From a virus (Duplodnaviria > Caudoviricetes): a stretch of DNA of 60,175 nt. A program made the position numbers and the translations under genes. The DNA lies in the IMG/VR virus record IMGVR_UViG_3300037424_000199, positions 1 through 60,175 of that record, one strand, 5' to 3'. The notes under the pieces are model-generated. The model saw only the letters and a program-made list of their open reading frames with translations, did not search any database and was not told the DNA's origin. This document shows, piece by piece, positions 37,548 through 47,799 of this stretch (position 1 is the first letter of the stretch; each line of letters begins with the position of its first letter).

Positions 37548-38792
37548 TTACACCTTATCAGCAACCACGCAAAGCCATTCCGGCCGGATGTATTTAAATC
37601 CGAAAAGAACGTCAACGCGAGTAGCTAACTGATCAGTAAGAGGAAGATAATCAGTCAGAACGCGCATGCTGACGCCATCGTAATTGGTGCGAGCCGCTTC
37701 TTCAACTGCCTTCTTTGGCATAACCAAATCAGCAGTAGCCATCGTAACTGCCTTCTGAGTATAGGCAAGCGACTTACGATAGACAGAAGAAGCAGGAGTA
37801 ACCAGAAGCATAGCTGCACCATTAATAGGCGAAGCATCAACAGTCTGATACTGCTGCTCAGGGCCACCAGCAACGCCAGTAGTAGACGGAATTAAACCGG
37901 GGTAAACTGGAATTAAAGTACCGCCATTGGCAACGTCAGCAGTTACAACAAACTGACGGAGTGTACCCAAGGTTTCCTTGGTAACACGGTTAACAGCGTT
38001 AACATCTTCAAAGGTGATAATATCACCCTGCTTAAGCGTCCCAGTAATAGCAGTAACTAGAATATTACCACCGCTAGTAGAAGTAGTCTGTCCACCACCA
38101 GAAACCGTAGCAGCATTATCATAAGTACCAGTAGTATGCTTAATGACGGTCTGATCACGGAACCAACGCGCATAACCCAAACCAGACTTCATCTTACCAC
38201 TACGAAATTGCGCAGAGATTTCAGGGGTAGGGTTGAGCAATCCAGAGAGTGACGTGGTAGTACGAGCGTCCGTAGTAGGATCATTAACGACGCGGCGATC
38301 CATATCATCCGCGCCCTGATCATCGAGCACAGCATTGGCCTGTAAAAACTGCTCAGCGGTAGGAGAAATAATATTGCCCCCGCCGTCAAGGCTCTGCACC
38401 AGATTACAAACACCACCCTCAGAACCGCGCATAATGGTTGAAGCAACCTTACCACAGAGAGCGTTAACCATAGGAGCCATAACAAGCTCTGAATAACGGT
38501 CAATGCTCATAGTGCGCTCAGCAGTGGTATAGGGGGTAGCAACATTCTTCTGACTAGAAACAGTCAGAGAAGTATACTGCTGCGTATTGTCCTGAAGCTG
38601 CATCGCAGGGCCATCAGTAACAATAAAATCAGACGGCAGACGAATACGAAGCGTATCGCCAATCTTTGCGCCGTCAATAGCAAACTGATCATCATACTGA
38701 GTATCCATGTTCATAATGAACAGGTTACTATTCTTAAATAACATCACTGCTTCAGCAGTGATCATATCAATAGTGAGATAAGTATTGGCCAT
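37548..38792 (-). CDS. Major capsid protein (P22 gp5 coat family)
   Basis: MANTYLTIDMITAEA...YDDQFAIDGAKIGDTLRIRLP...RVDVLFG...IRPEW; GGGAG RBS. Confidence 0.92.
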   Translation of the reverse strand: MANTYLTIDMITAEAVMLFKNSNLFIMNMDTQYDDQFAIDGAKIGDTLRIRLPSDFIVTDGPAMQLQDNTQQYTSLTVSSQKNVATPYTTAERTMSIDRYSELVMAPMVNALCGKVASTIMRGSEGGVCNLVQSLDGGGNIISPTAEQFLQANAVLDDQGADDMDRRVVNDPTTDARTTTSLSGLLNPTPEISAQFRSGKMKSGLGYARWFRDQTVIKHTTGTYDNAATVSGGGQTTSTSGGNILVTAITGTLKQGDIITFEDVNAVNRVTKETLGTLRQFVVTADVANGGTLIPVYPGLIPSTTGVAGGPEQQYQTVDASPINGAAMLLVTPASSVYRKSLAYTQKAVTMATADLVMPKKAVEEAARTNYDGVSMRVLTDYLPLTDQLATRVDVLFGFKYIRPEWLCVVADKV

Positions 38793-39010
38793 GTTAAATA
38801 AGCTCCCGCGCGCAATGGCGCACAAATTGATTGATGTATGTGAATTGCTGGTGCTTGAGGCAGCAAATTTACAAGCAATCAATGGCCTACTTGACCGGAC
38901 CAAGGCGGGATATCTTAAACATGGTTTGTCTAGCGAACCAAGAAACGCTTATGCCCACACTCAATACCAAAGTGTGGGCATCCGTCAAGCGAGATTTTAA
39001 AATTTATTCG
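38793..39010 (-). ncRNA. Candidate structured leader of the capsid gene
   Basis: 218-nt gap with stems 38951-61/38971-81 (11 bp), 38826-33/38876-83, 38845-50/38861-66 and 38890-95/38984-89. Confidence 0.5.
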
Positions 39011-39970
39011 TTAATATCCTCTAGCCTTCTTCTGATCCTCACGCATACGAATACGCTTAGCTACATAGCTATCCATATTCTTAGCATCAGCTTCAGTCAA
39101 TACCGCAGAAGCAGCAGACTTATTGCTACTCTTTACAGGATCAATTCCTTTTACTTTTGAAATTTCTTTCTTTTTAGGCTTCTTAGCTTCTTCAAGCTTT
39201 AACGATATCATAGCTAATTCCTTTGCCATTTTAGCAGGTACGCGAGTTAAATCATAAATACGCTCTGCTTCATCATCATCATTAGCTAGATATGCTAAAA
39301 CTTCTCCACCATTATCTAAGTCACCTAATACGCCAATCATAAATGAAGGAATGGCCCCAAACTGCTCAGCCATATCATTTACTTTATCATCAAAATCTTT
39401 ATCTATCTTTTTGGCGTCTTTAGCTAATACAGCACACGTATCGTCAAACTTCTTTTGTAAGTCAGCAAGTTCTTTATCAGCTAACCTTTGCTTAACAATA
39501 GCTTCAGCTTTAGAGTCTACTTCTTCCTGAGTTAATTTTTTATCAGGATCAGCTTCAAGCTGAGCTTTAAGCCTAGCTACTTCAGCTTCAGCATTACGCC
39601 TAGCAGCGGTCGCTTCATCAATGCGAGCCTGCATCCTATCTTGCTTGCGCTTAGCTTTAGCTGCAATTTTTTCCTGAGCTTCCCGCTCAACTTTCTGTTC
39701 TTCTGTTTCTTCTACTTTTTCTTCATCTTCTTCTTTTTCTTTTCCCTCTTCTTCCTCTTTATCCTCTTCTTCACCTTCAGTATCATCTTCTTCATTGCCA
39801 TCATTAGTTTCAGCTTCAGCCTTAATTTCAACTTCAGATTTAGCTTCTACCTTAGCATTACCTGCAATCTGAGCGCGCAATTTGGCTTTAGCGTCAGCAC
39901 CTTCATCATTATTACCATCTCGCAAAACTAGTGAGATTAAAGAACTACCATTCATTAAATGTTTAAGCAT
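39011..39970 (-). CDS. Scaffolding protein
   Basis: Acidic N-terminus, coiled coil, GGEVLAYLA motif; upstream of capsid. Confidence 0.8.
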   Translation of the reverse strand: MLKHLMNGSSLISLVLRDGNNDEGADAKAKLRAQIAGNAKVEAKSEVEIKAEAETNDGNEEDDTEGEEEDKEEEEGKEKEEDEEKVEETEEQKVEREAQEKIAAKAKRKQDRMQARIDEATAARRNAEAEVARLKAQLEADPDKKLTQEEVDSKAEAIVKQRLADKELADLQKKFDDTCAVLAKDAKKIDKDFDDKVNDMAEQFGAIPSFMIGVLGDLDNGGEVLAYLANDDDEAERIYDLTRVPAKMAKELAMISLKLEEAKKPKKKEISKVKGIDPVKSSNKSAASAVLTEADAKNMDSYVAKRIRMREDQKKARGY

Positions 39971-41484
39971 TTGTATTTACCTTTTCGATTATCACATCAT
40001 AGCGAGTTAAAATTTCATCAATTCTAATTTCATAGAAATCAATAGCTCTAATTATTACATTATCATTTATATCTAAAGTTACGTGATCTACTGTTTTCCC
40101 AACAGGAAGAGCTAACAAATGAAATTTAATTCTATCCCCATGCTTTTTAATAACTTCAGCTAAAGCTTTAAAAGCATCGTCTTGAGTTAAAGTAAACTCA
40201 TATCCAGCAGTAGGACCACAATTTAAAGCAAACATATTTTTATTATTTGCTATAATATTAAACTGCTTAAATAAATGTCCATCATGCTTAGTAATAAATT
40301 CTGAATTAGCTCTTTCAATCATTACTTTGGTTTGCAATAATATAGCTAATTCTTTAGCCGGTTTTAGTATCATTTGTATTTACCTTTTGCCTTCGTTCTA
40401 TTTCTGCCTCTATGGCATCTTTTAATTTTAAAAATTCTACATTCGGAGGAGGAAGTTGAATATTCAATTTAGTAAATCTAGGGTGTTTTTTAGCTTCCTC
40501 TCTTCTTATTTCAGCATTAATTAAAGTTTGATCCACTAGCCCTAAATCCCACAAACTGTAGGCAGAAAGTGGCGTTCCTCTATAATAATACTCAGCCATA
40601 TTAGCAAATCTTTTTTAAAGCAGCAAGCTTATCTTGAGCAAGCTTTTTTACATCGGACATTAATGATTTGTCGCTCTTATGCGCTTCAGCGCGCTCAATG
40701 TCCCTCAATGCATCTTCAGCGCGCCAATTGCGACGTTCTGCTGTGCTTTCCATAGGACTATCACTGACAATCTTGACCGGAACGGCAGCCTTAGCTTTAG
40801 CCGATAATTTTTGAACTGGTAATTTATTCTTAGCCATTATACTAACTCCTCAAAGTAATCAGCAAAATATTGAGCAGCTACTAGCCATTTGTCATCATGG
40901 TTTTTTGGATTGCGAGCAATCATATCTCCATCTTTTGGTGATCCTGCTTCTAAGTCTGGTTTAGAAATACTAACATTAGCAATATCCATACCCGGAACCC
41001 AGCGTGCCATTTCAGCAATTTGTGATCTCTTATATTGTTTAAACATTTAATTTTTCTCTCTCACTGAGTTAAAGCTAAAATCTAATTTAGGTGAATTAAT
41101 AATGATAGGTTTAGGTTTTTCTTGATCTGATTTGTAAAGAATTGTATTTTCATACTCAGGCAATCCAGCAGTCTTACCCATTTCAATTAAAGTAACATCA
41201 TTAACACGTTCCATCAAAGCATTATAAATAACTTCTTTTTGGTCTGGTGGCGTATTCGGATTAGCTAATATTTGATTTAAAGCATGAACAGCAGCAGGAA
41301 TGAATGCTTCTAAACAATCTCTAGCAAACGCCCTAGTAGATTTATATTTTAAAAGATTTATTACTTTACCTTGTAGCTTTACTTTGTCCATACCACTAGA
41401 ACGAGCGGCATCATAAAAGACACCCGCAAATTCACCTGCCGTCTTTTCTATGATAACGTCAGAAGGGTCTTTAAATTTGCTCAT
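39963..41484 (-). other. Five small genes between the large portal-adjacent gene and the scaffold (39963-40373, 40354-40599, 40601-40837, 40837-41046, 41047-41484)
   Basis: Contiguous ORFs; 40601-40837 has WRAEDALR.I.RAE..K.D; 40837-41046 has GDMIARNPKNHDDKWLV. Confidence 0.7.
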
Positions 41485-44033
41485 TTATTATTTCCAAAAT
41501 CAGGTTCATAATCTACAGGAACAAACATATATTTGTTTGAGAATAAAGGAAAGCCTTTTTGAGTAGCAGTATCTTTTAGGGATTGTGGGATATCAATGTA
41601 GTGGACAGACTGATATTCAGATTTAGTAGGGGTTCCGGCAAATGTAGTAGGTATCTTTTCACTCTTAACCTTAACCCCATGTTCCTTACCAAGCTTCTCT
41701 AAAGCTTGTGGGATCATCTTGTCATAGAAGCCTTTCATTCCCTCGCCACCTACTTTAAGGTCTAGACCATTAAGCTCATGCATACCAAACTTATTCTTTT
41801 CTGATTTTAAAAGTTTCTCAGCTAAATCTTTGCCCACAAAGTCAGCAACCTTTTCAGCAGGCACTTTCTTTTGGTCAAACTCCAAACTCTTATTTTTCAT
41901 TCCGCTTAAATTAAAAGTGCCGTCCGAGTTAGGATCAGCGCGGACAGTATCCAGCTTCTTACTCAAATCATACCTAGCTGCCTGAGCTTCACCGGGGGTC
42001 CAAGACAACCTTTCGTAACCCTTTTCAGAAGCTTCGCGAAGCATACGCTTTAAGGCTAGCTCATGCCAAGTCTTTTTAAATGGTGCGTTTGGAATACCAT
42101 CGCGGCTATCGCGCAATAGTTTACCTAGAGCTTCTGCCTTTTTAGTGCCTTCTTTATATTCGGCAGAATTAAAATCAAATTCATTCCTATCTTTTAAAGC
42201 TTGCTTATAATCGTCATCTAATTTTTTATATTCTTTATCGTTTAATTTATACCCCTTCTCCCTCCCCTGCTGATGCCAATCCGATTGGATTTCCTCTAAG
42301 TGTAAGCTTTTCTTACCATCAATAGTTCTATCATTCATTCTAACATGAGCTAGAATGTTTGGTTCATCCCAATGAGAAGATTTGTAATTACCTTCTTTAG
42401 CTTTTAAAAATTTATCAGCATCTTCAGTAGAAGCTAATCCTTTTGGTAAGTCGTACTTTTTCTCAGGCAACGTCAACAGCATTTCCCTATAGTTTTCACC
42501 ACCGGGAAGTTGATAGGAATGATATTTGGTTTTAGGAGCTTCATTTAAATCATGATACGTTTGTTGAAGCTGAGTATATTTATTTACTTCTTCATCGGTC
42601 ATACCTTTAATCTTACGATACATCGCAAGATTTTGAAGCGGATTTAAATCGTATTTATCGCCTAATTCTTTTCCATATGCATCAAAAGCATCCTTAGCTT
42701 TAATGGCTTCTGGATTTGCTACTCCTTTCTGTACTTCCTTCAACTCCACCTTATTACTAGCTAAATGTTCTTCAATCTGAGCCTTGGTAACAGGCTTACC
42801 TTTATTCTCAGCTAAGAAATCAGCCAAGCCAGTCCATTGCATTTCCTCTGGCTTAACCCCCGGCTTATTGCTGAGCGTTCCTAGCCATTGGTCGCCAGTC
42901 ATTTTAACTTGACTAATCTTGCTAACATTATGTTCTAATGCTGAGAAGAATGGATTAGCAGCTTTCATACTCTCAATAGCCATTCCCGGCTTAGAGCTAT
43001 CAGCCATCAAAGTACTAGTTAATGCTCCAAATTTCCCGGCTTGAGGATCAATTAAACCTGTATCAATACCATATTTAAGCGCAGCTTCCCTATCTAGGAA
43101 ATGCCCCTTATCATTAATAAATCCAAAGTTGTAATCTTTTATATCTTCCCCTGACATAGCTTTCTTTTGAAAGTCAGGATACATATTTTCAGGAATAACA
43201 TCTAAATGCTGTTGACCTTCTTTGCCTTTGTATAACTTATCCTTATACTTCAAAGCAGGTCTTAGAAATGGGGTAGCGCCTAGTGTGGCATCTGTGACAC
43301 CACCTAACCCACCACTACCAGCTAACGCAGATATTGCTTGTGCTTTTTCAACCATTTGTGGGGAAGTATGAACGTCCCCCGTCGCAGGGTCAATAGACCA
43401 TGCTGGAGTTTTACCAGTTGCCACATCGCCAGCACCAGTTAATGCTTCTCTTAATACCTTTTCAGGCCAAAGCTGATAGCGTTCTTTATTATCTAGACCA
43501 AATACGTTATTAAATCCTTCTCCCCCTTTGGAGAATGATGTTTCGGCTAATCCTTTAATTATTTTCTCTACTACATTACTTGAAGGTAATTCTGGCAAAG
43601 GCTTGTAAGGTTTAGTGAAATATTCATCTTCAGTATAATTAGGATTGCTATATTGTTTGTCCTGATCCTCATGTAATTTTTGAGCATATGCTGTAGCTTC
43701 TTTAGGGGTTTTAAATTCTCCTAAATGCTTACCAGTCTTACGATATTGACTAATCGCATCTTTCTCACTTAATATTTTACCATCTTCACTAACAGTAGGT
43801 ATTAATACTTCTTTGCCATCAAAGTTAGCAGACATAGAGCGTACTGTACTAATAGTTCCATCTGGATTTTTAACTATAGGTCTATTATTTAAATCTATAT
43901 TACCGGGGGCATAAGAAGGTTCATCATTCTTAGTAATAATAACTCGTTTTAATCCAACAAAAGGATCAGCAACAGGTAACCCTGTTTCAGGCTCAGGCTG
44001 ATAAGCATCAGTTAATTCAAATAGACTAGCCAT
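41481..44033 (-). CDS. Large multidomain (polyvalent-type) protein
   Basis: [25 protein letters not shown] domain; [15 protein letters not shown] domain; GGENYRE...SHW..PNILAH.R...EEIQSDWHQ...APFK..W..LALKR domain. Confidence 0.75.
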   Translation of the reverse strand: MASLFELTDAYQPEPETGLPVADPFVGLKRVIITKNDEPSYAPGNIDLNNRPIVKNPDGTISTVRSMSANFDGKEVLIPTVSEDGKILSEKDAISQYRKTGKHLGEFKTPKEATAYAQKLHEDQDKQYSNPNYTEDEYFTKPYKPLPELPSSNVVEKIIKGLAETSFSKGGEGFNNVFGLDNKERYQLWPEKVLREALTGAGDVATGKTPAWSIDPATGDVHTSPQMVEKAQAISALAGSGGLGGVTDATLGATPFLRPALKYKDKLYKGKEGQQHLDVIPENMYPDFQKKAMSGEDIKDYNFGFINDKGHFLDREAALKYGIDTGLIDPQAGKFGALTSTLMADSSKPGMAIESMKAANPFFSALEHNVSKISQVKMTGDQWLGTLSNKPGVKPEEMQWTGLADFLAENKGKPVTKAQIEEHLASNKVELKEVQKGVANPEAIKAKDAFDAYGKELGDKYDLNPLQNLAMYRKIKGMTDEEVNKYTQLQQTYHDLNEAPKTKYHSYQLPGGENYREMLLTLPEKKYDLPKGLASTEDADKFLKAKEGNYKSSHWDEPNILAHVRMNDRTIDGKKSLHLEEIQSDWHQQGREKGYKLNDKEYKKLDDDYKQALKDRNEFDFNSAEYKEGTKKAEALGKLLRDSRDGIPNAPFKKTWHELALKRMLREASEKGYERLSWTPGEAQAARYDLSKKLDTVRADPNSDGTFNLSGMKNKSLEFDQKKVPAEKVADFVGKDLAEKLLKSEKNKFGMHELNGLDLKVGGEGMKGFYDKMIPQALEKLGKEHGVKVKSEKIPTTFAGTPTKSEYQSVHYIDIPQSLKDTATQKGFPLFSNKYMFVPVDYEPDFGNNK

Positions 44034-46380
44034 TAACATTCTCTATTGGCTGTGCTTCCATCCAGCCCTGAGCGCCTTTCACATAGTGCTTCCCGTCCGC
44101 AGCCTGCCGACTACCCGGAACGCCTTCCAAGCTATCCTGAGCCTCCTGATCAACGCCTATGGGCGTTCCACCGTTCTCCCTGCCCCTCAAGCTTTCAATC
44201 TCCTCCTCAGTGTCCGCACCGGGGCCACCAGCCTGTAAAAGTTCCATAATAGTCTGCCGAATGATCGGCGCAAGCTGTTCCTGAGAAATGCCGGGGCCAG
44301 CATTACCAGTAGCAGTTAACCTATCCGTTAAAGCTTTAAAATCTTCACGAATTTGTTCAACACCTGTTTTAGTCCAAGCTAATGCCTGAGCACTTTCCTT
44401 AATAGCAAATTCTCTATCCTTATTTTCCACTTCCAACTGAAGCTTAGCAATAACTGCCAATTGCTGTTCAATCTTCTGACTAGCAGCCTCCATTATCTGT
44501 TCTGTAGCCGGATCAGGAGCATCACCAGTAATATTAGCTGGAATGATTTTCCTCCACCTTTGGGCTAATACCTGAGCCTCAGGGAAGTCAGCAACCTTCC
44601 AAAGAATATCGCCAGCTATCCCCATAAACTCTTCATTCTGGGCTGCAATCTGAGTTAATGCGTTAAACGCTTCCTGACGCCTTGTCGCAAAGCTAGGACC
44701 AACATCCGATTGAACTGCGTATTTGCCCACATTAGGATTGAAAATCAATTCAACAATCTGCTGAGTATTATCAGTAGCAGGCTTTTGCCCCTGCGGGGTT
44801 TCTAGTTTCTGTAAAGCTTGATCTGCTTTAGGATCAATAGTAATGTTTAAAATAGTATTATCCTTAGCTTCAATACGCAGAACACGTTTAGTGTCATAGA
44901 CTTTAGGAATAAGATCAATTAAAATTTTACCAGTAAACCGAATAGCAGTGGCTTGATTATCAATGAAATGATAAGTAGCCCTATCGCCTTGACGCTGGCG
45001 AGCATTAATAGCTACACCAGATTTAGCGTTTTCATTCTCCCCCATCTGAGCCTGATATTGGCCCGAAACCATCATCATTTCATTCTGTGCAATCTCCATC
45101 TGTTGCACATACGCAGGGGAAGCTTGCGGCGCTGGCATTCTAGTAGGAACTGGAACAGGATTACCATCTTCATCAACATGATTGAATGGTATCCAAGCTG
45201 GATTATTAACATTTAAAGTTTTATAATATTCTTCAAAGCCTTCAACAGCCGCTTGAGCAGCTATAATTGGTGCCTTAGTTTGTAATGCCCCAAATTCAAC
45301 ATTAGCAGAACTGTTCACATTATACATACGCTGGGGATCAAGCAAAGCTCTAGTATGACCTTTGCAATCCCAAATACCATCAATAACCGTTTCTGTACCG
45401 GGTAAACGAACAATAGGGATATATTTACCTAGCCAATTTCCTCTAGAAATAATAACGTTACCAGCTATTTTAAACCACTCAATATTTTCTCTTAATTCAG
45501 CTTCTTCCTGATAAGTTCTCTCTTCTTCAGGTAAATTGTTTTCCCTAGCCTTAATTTCTTTAAAAATATCCTTAGCTTCTTTAGGTAATTCACTCCACAA
45601 AACAGGGCCAATTTCTTCACCTGTTGTGGGCATAATAAAATAAACTAATTTATCATCCTCTTGAGACTTTCTAAAGTATTCACAAACCCGAACATGATCC
45701 TTAGAAAACCATCCGGGGTAATCGCCATCAAAAGCAGCATTCCCAGCATTTTTAAATTTTGGGTTACGCGCTTCGTATAAGTCTTTTCTCATATCATCAA
45801 AAACAAAACCAAACCAAGCATCACTACCATCAACTTCATTGATATCAGGATCAAGATAAACGAAACGAGGGTCTTTAATACGTCTAATAAAAATTTCCTT
45901 ATCAAATGTTCCTGTAATTTTTTCTACAGTAACACGCCAATATCCCCATCCGCCATTGACTTGAAAGGTAGCTGCATTATCATATACGTTTTCAGCACCA
46001 GAAATATATTCAATGTGCCTAACTACTTCCTGAAATACTTGAGACGCTTCAAAGCTAGCATCATCGCCAACAGGAGTTATATTAACTCCCGGCTTATTTT
46101 GCTTTCCATCATTAATGATTTGAAGATTATGTTGCTGAGTTTTATTAATTGTTAAGCAAGGTCTACTATTTTGAATACGGTCCCCGACAACCCACTTATC
46201 CCATTGATACATATTGGTGCTGTCAGCATTAGCAAATTTATAATCATACTCAAAATTGAGCCTAGCTTTAGCTTCCCAATCTTCACAAGCTTTAAAACGC
46301 TTCTTAGCCTCAAGAAGGATTTCATTATCTTTTTCTTCCTGAGCAGAAGAAGCAGTTGAATATGAGGTAGTCCAAGCCAT
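44026..46380 (-). CDS. Portal protein (P22-like)
   Basis: [13 protein letters not shown]....[41 protein letters not shown]. Confidence 0.92.
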   Translation of the reverse strand: MAWTTSYSTASSAQEEKDNEILLEAKKRFKACEDWEAKARLNFEYDYKFANADSTNMYQWDKWVVGDRIQNSRPCLTINKTQQHNLQIINDGKQNKPGVNITPVGDDASFEASQVFQEVVRHIEYISGAENVYDNAATFQVNGGWGYWRVTVEKITGTFDKEIFIRRIKDPRFVYLDPDINEVDGSDAWFGFVFDDMRKDLYEARNPKFKNAGNAAFDGDYPGWFSKDHVRVCEYFRKSQEDDKLVYFIMPTTGEEIGPVLWSELPKEAKDIFKEIKARENNLPEEERTYQEEAELRENIEWFKIAGNVIISRGNWLGKYIPIVRLPGTETVIDGIWDCKGHTRALLDPQRMYNVNSSANVEFGALQTKAPIIAAQAAVEGFEEYYKTLNVNNPAWIPFNHVDEDGNPVPVPTRMPAPQASPAYVQQMEIAQNEMMMVSGQYQAQMGENENAKSGVAINARQRQGDRATYHFIDNQATAIRFTGKILIDLIPKVYDTKRVLRIEAKDNTILNITIDPKADQALQKLETPQGQKPATDNTQQIVELIFNPNVGKYAVQSDVGPSFATRRQEAFNALTQIAAQNEEFMGIAGDILWKVADFPEAQVLAQRWRKIIPANITGDAPDPATEQIMEAASQKIEQQLAVIAKLQLEVENKDREFAIKESAQALAWTKTGVEQIREDFKALTDRLTATGNAGPGISQEQLAPIIRQTIMELLQAGGPGADTEEEIESLRGRENGGTPIGVDQEAQDSLEGVPGSRQAADGKHYVKGAQGWMEAQPIENVNG

Positions 46381-46403
46381 TTTGAATTATCCAAATATTA
46401 AAA

Positions 46404-47792
46404 TTATAGACTACCCATCCACGATCTATTCTGTTGCCCTATCGGCAAATTAGGCCCAGTGAGTTTAGGCTTTTTACTATCAGCTTCAGTTTTTAAAGAT
46501 AATGCAAAAGTCTGAAAAGCGTCTGCCCCATGGCTCCAAGGTGTATCATGATCCGGTTCGCGTGAAAAGCTTCCTGTTTCTTCATTAACTTTATAGGCAT
46601 AGCGGGAAAGACACTGCCAACCATCAGCAGTGTTAGCTTCATCAAAGTTGCAAAGTTCAAAAATTGTTCTAGCTGCATTGATGCCCACAACTTTCTTTGA
46701 GGGCCGGTTAACAACTACAATTTTAGAATTTGGAAAAGCCTTTCTAGTCATGCTAGCAATAGACCTAGCAGCTAATGTTTCATTATCAGCATCATGAGGC
46801 TGATACATAACCGAATAATTATAAGGTTTGCTTCTCAATATTTCATGATAGTGAGGAAGTTTCTTAAGTCTATTTTCATAATAATCAATAAGATTAAATT
46901 CTAAGCCTGAGCGCTGAATAAACCATATAGCAGTCTTATCAGAATGTCCCAAATCCCATGCGAGAAAAACAGGCTTAGTTGGATCATGAGGAATACGCTT
47001 ACGCCTACCATCAAGCAAAGTTTGTCTGATTTCGTCAGCATAGATAGCCCCATCCAAGGTTTGCTTAGTAAAGCCTTCCCAAATTTCTAAATATTTTTGT
47101 TCATTGTGAACTTTATCCAAATTCATTTGCTGGCGTAAATCAGGAGGAAACCAACGATTATCCGAATAATTAATTTTAACTACATAAGCATAACGCTCCA
47201 TTTCTCCTGTAACTTCATTGACTAAGTAATCAGGAGCATTCTTATCTTTATCAATAACGAAACGCTTATAAGTTTCATCGTCATCTAATTCAGGGTTAAA
47301 TGTTATCCAAACTTCAGGACCTTTTTTAAATGGTCCACCCATACCATTAGGATCAGTCTCATGCTTACCACGAATTGTAGGCATTAACTTATCCCATGAT
47401 GTTTTAGAAACGTTATTAGCTTCTTCTACCCAAGCAATGTCAATTTTAGCAAGAGACTTAATAGAATTAATTTTATAGCGGAGTCCTGAAAAAATAAATC
47501 TAGAACCTGTGCGAATACAAGTAATAGACTTATCTTTAATATCAAATTCATTTTCTAAATCATAAAGAGCTATGTAACTTTCAATTGTTTCTTTAACACT
47601 TTCCTCAATAGATTGCTGAATTTCGCGCAAGCATAAAATGCGCAATTTCATCTTAAGAGCTAGAATAATTAAAGCTATGGCATAGCCATCCGTTTTACCG
47701 CCACCGCGACCGCCATACGCAATCTTTAAACGGGCAGGTTCAAATAAAAATTCTAATTTTTCTAAAAATTCTATTTCCAAAAGTATCACCAA
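46404..47792 (-). CDS. Terminase large subunit (PBSX-like)
   Basis: YGGRGGGKT, LREIQ.SI.ESV, WVEEA, FNP, WDLG..D.TAIW, SHGADAF. Confidence 0.93.
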   Translation of the reverse strand: MVILLEIEFLEKLEFLFEPARLKIAYGGRGGGKTDGYAIALIILALKMKLRILCLREIQQSIEESVKETIESYIALYDLENEFDIKDKSITCIRTGSRFIFSGLRYKINSIKSLAKIDIAWVEEANNVSKTSWDKLMPTIRGKHETDPNGMGGPFKKGPEVWITFNPELDDDETYKRFVIDKDKNAPDYLVNEVTGEMERYAYVVKINYSDNRWFPPDLRQQMNLDKVHNEQKYLEIWEGFTKQTLDGAIYADEIRQTLLDGRRKRIPHDPTKPVFLAWDLGHSDKTAIWFIQRSGLEFNLIDYYENRLKKLPHYHEILRSKPYNYSVMYQPHDADNETLAARSIASMTRKAFPNSKIVVVNRPSKKVVGINAARTIFELCNFDEANTADGWQCLSRYAYKVNEETGSFSREPDHDTPWSHGADAFQTFALSLKTEADSKKPKLTGPNLPIGQQNRSWMGSL

Positions 47793-47799
47793 ATTTTAA

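Noticed and set aside
38793-38903. 37-aa N-terminal extension of the capsid in the ORF track
   Set aside because: The RBS and family N-terminus (MANT.LT) indicate a start at 38792
39641-39931. Phe-rich plus-strand ORF
   Set aside because: Antisense of the Glu/Lys-rich scaffold segment
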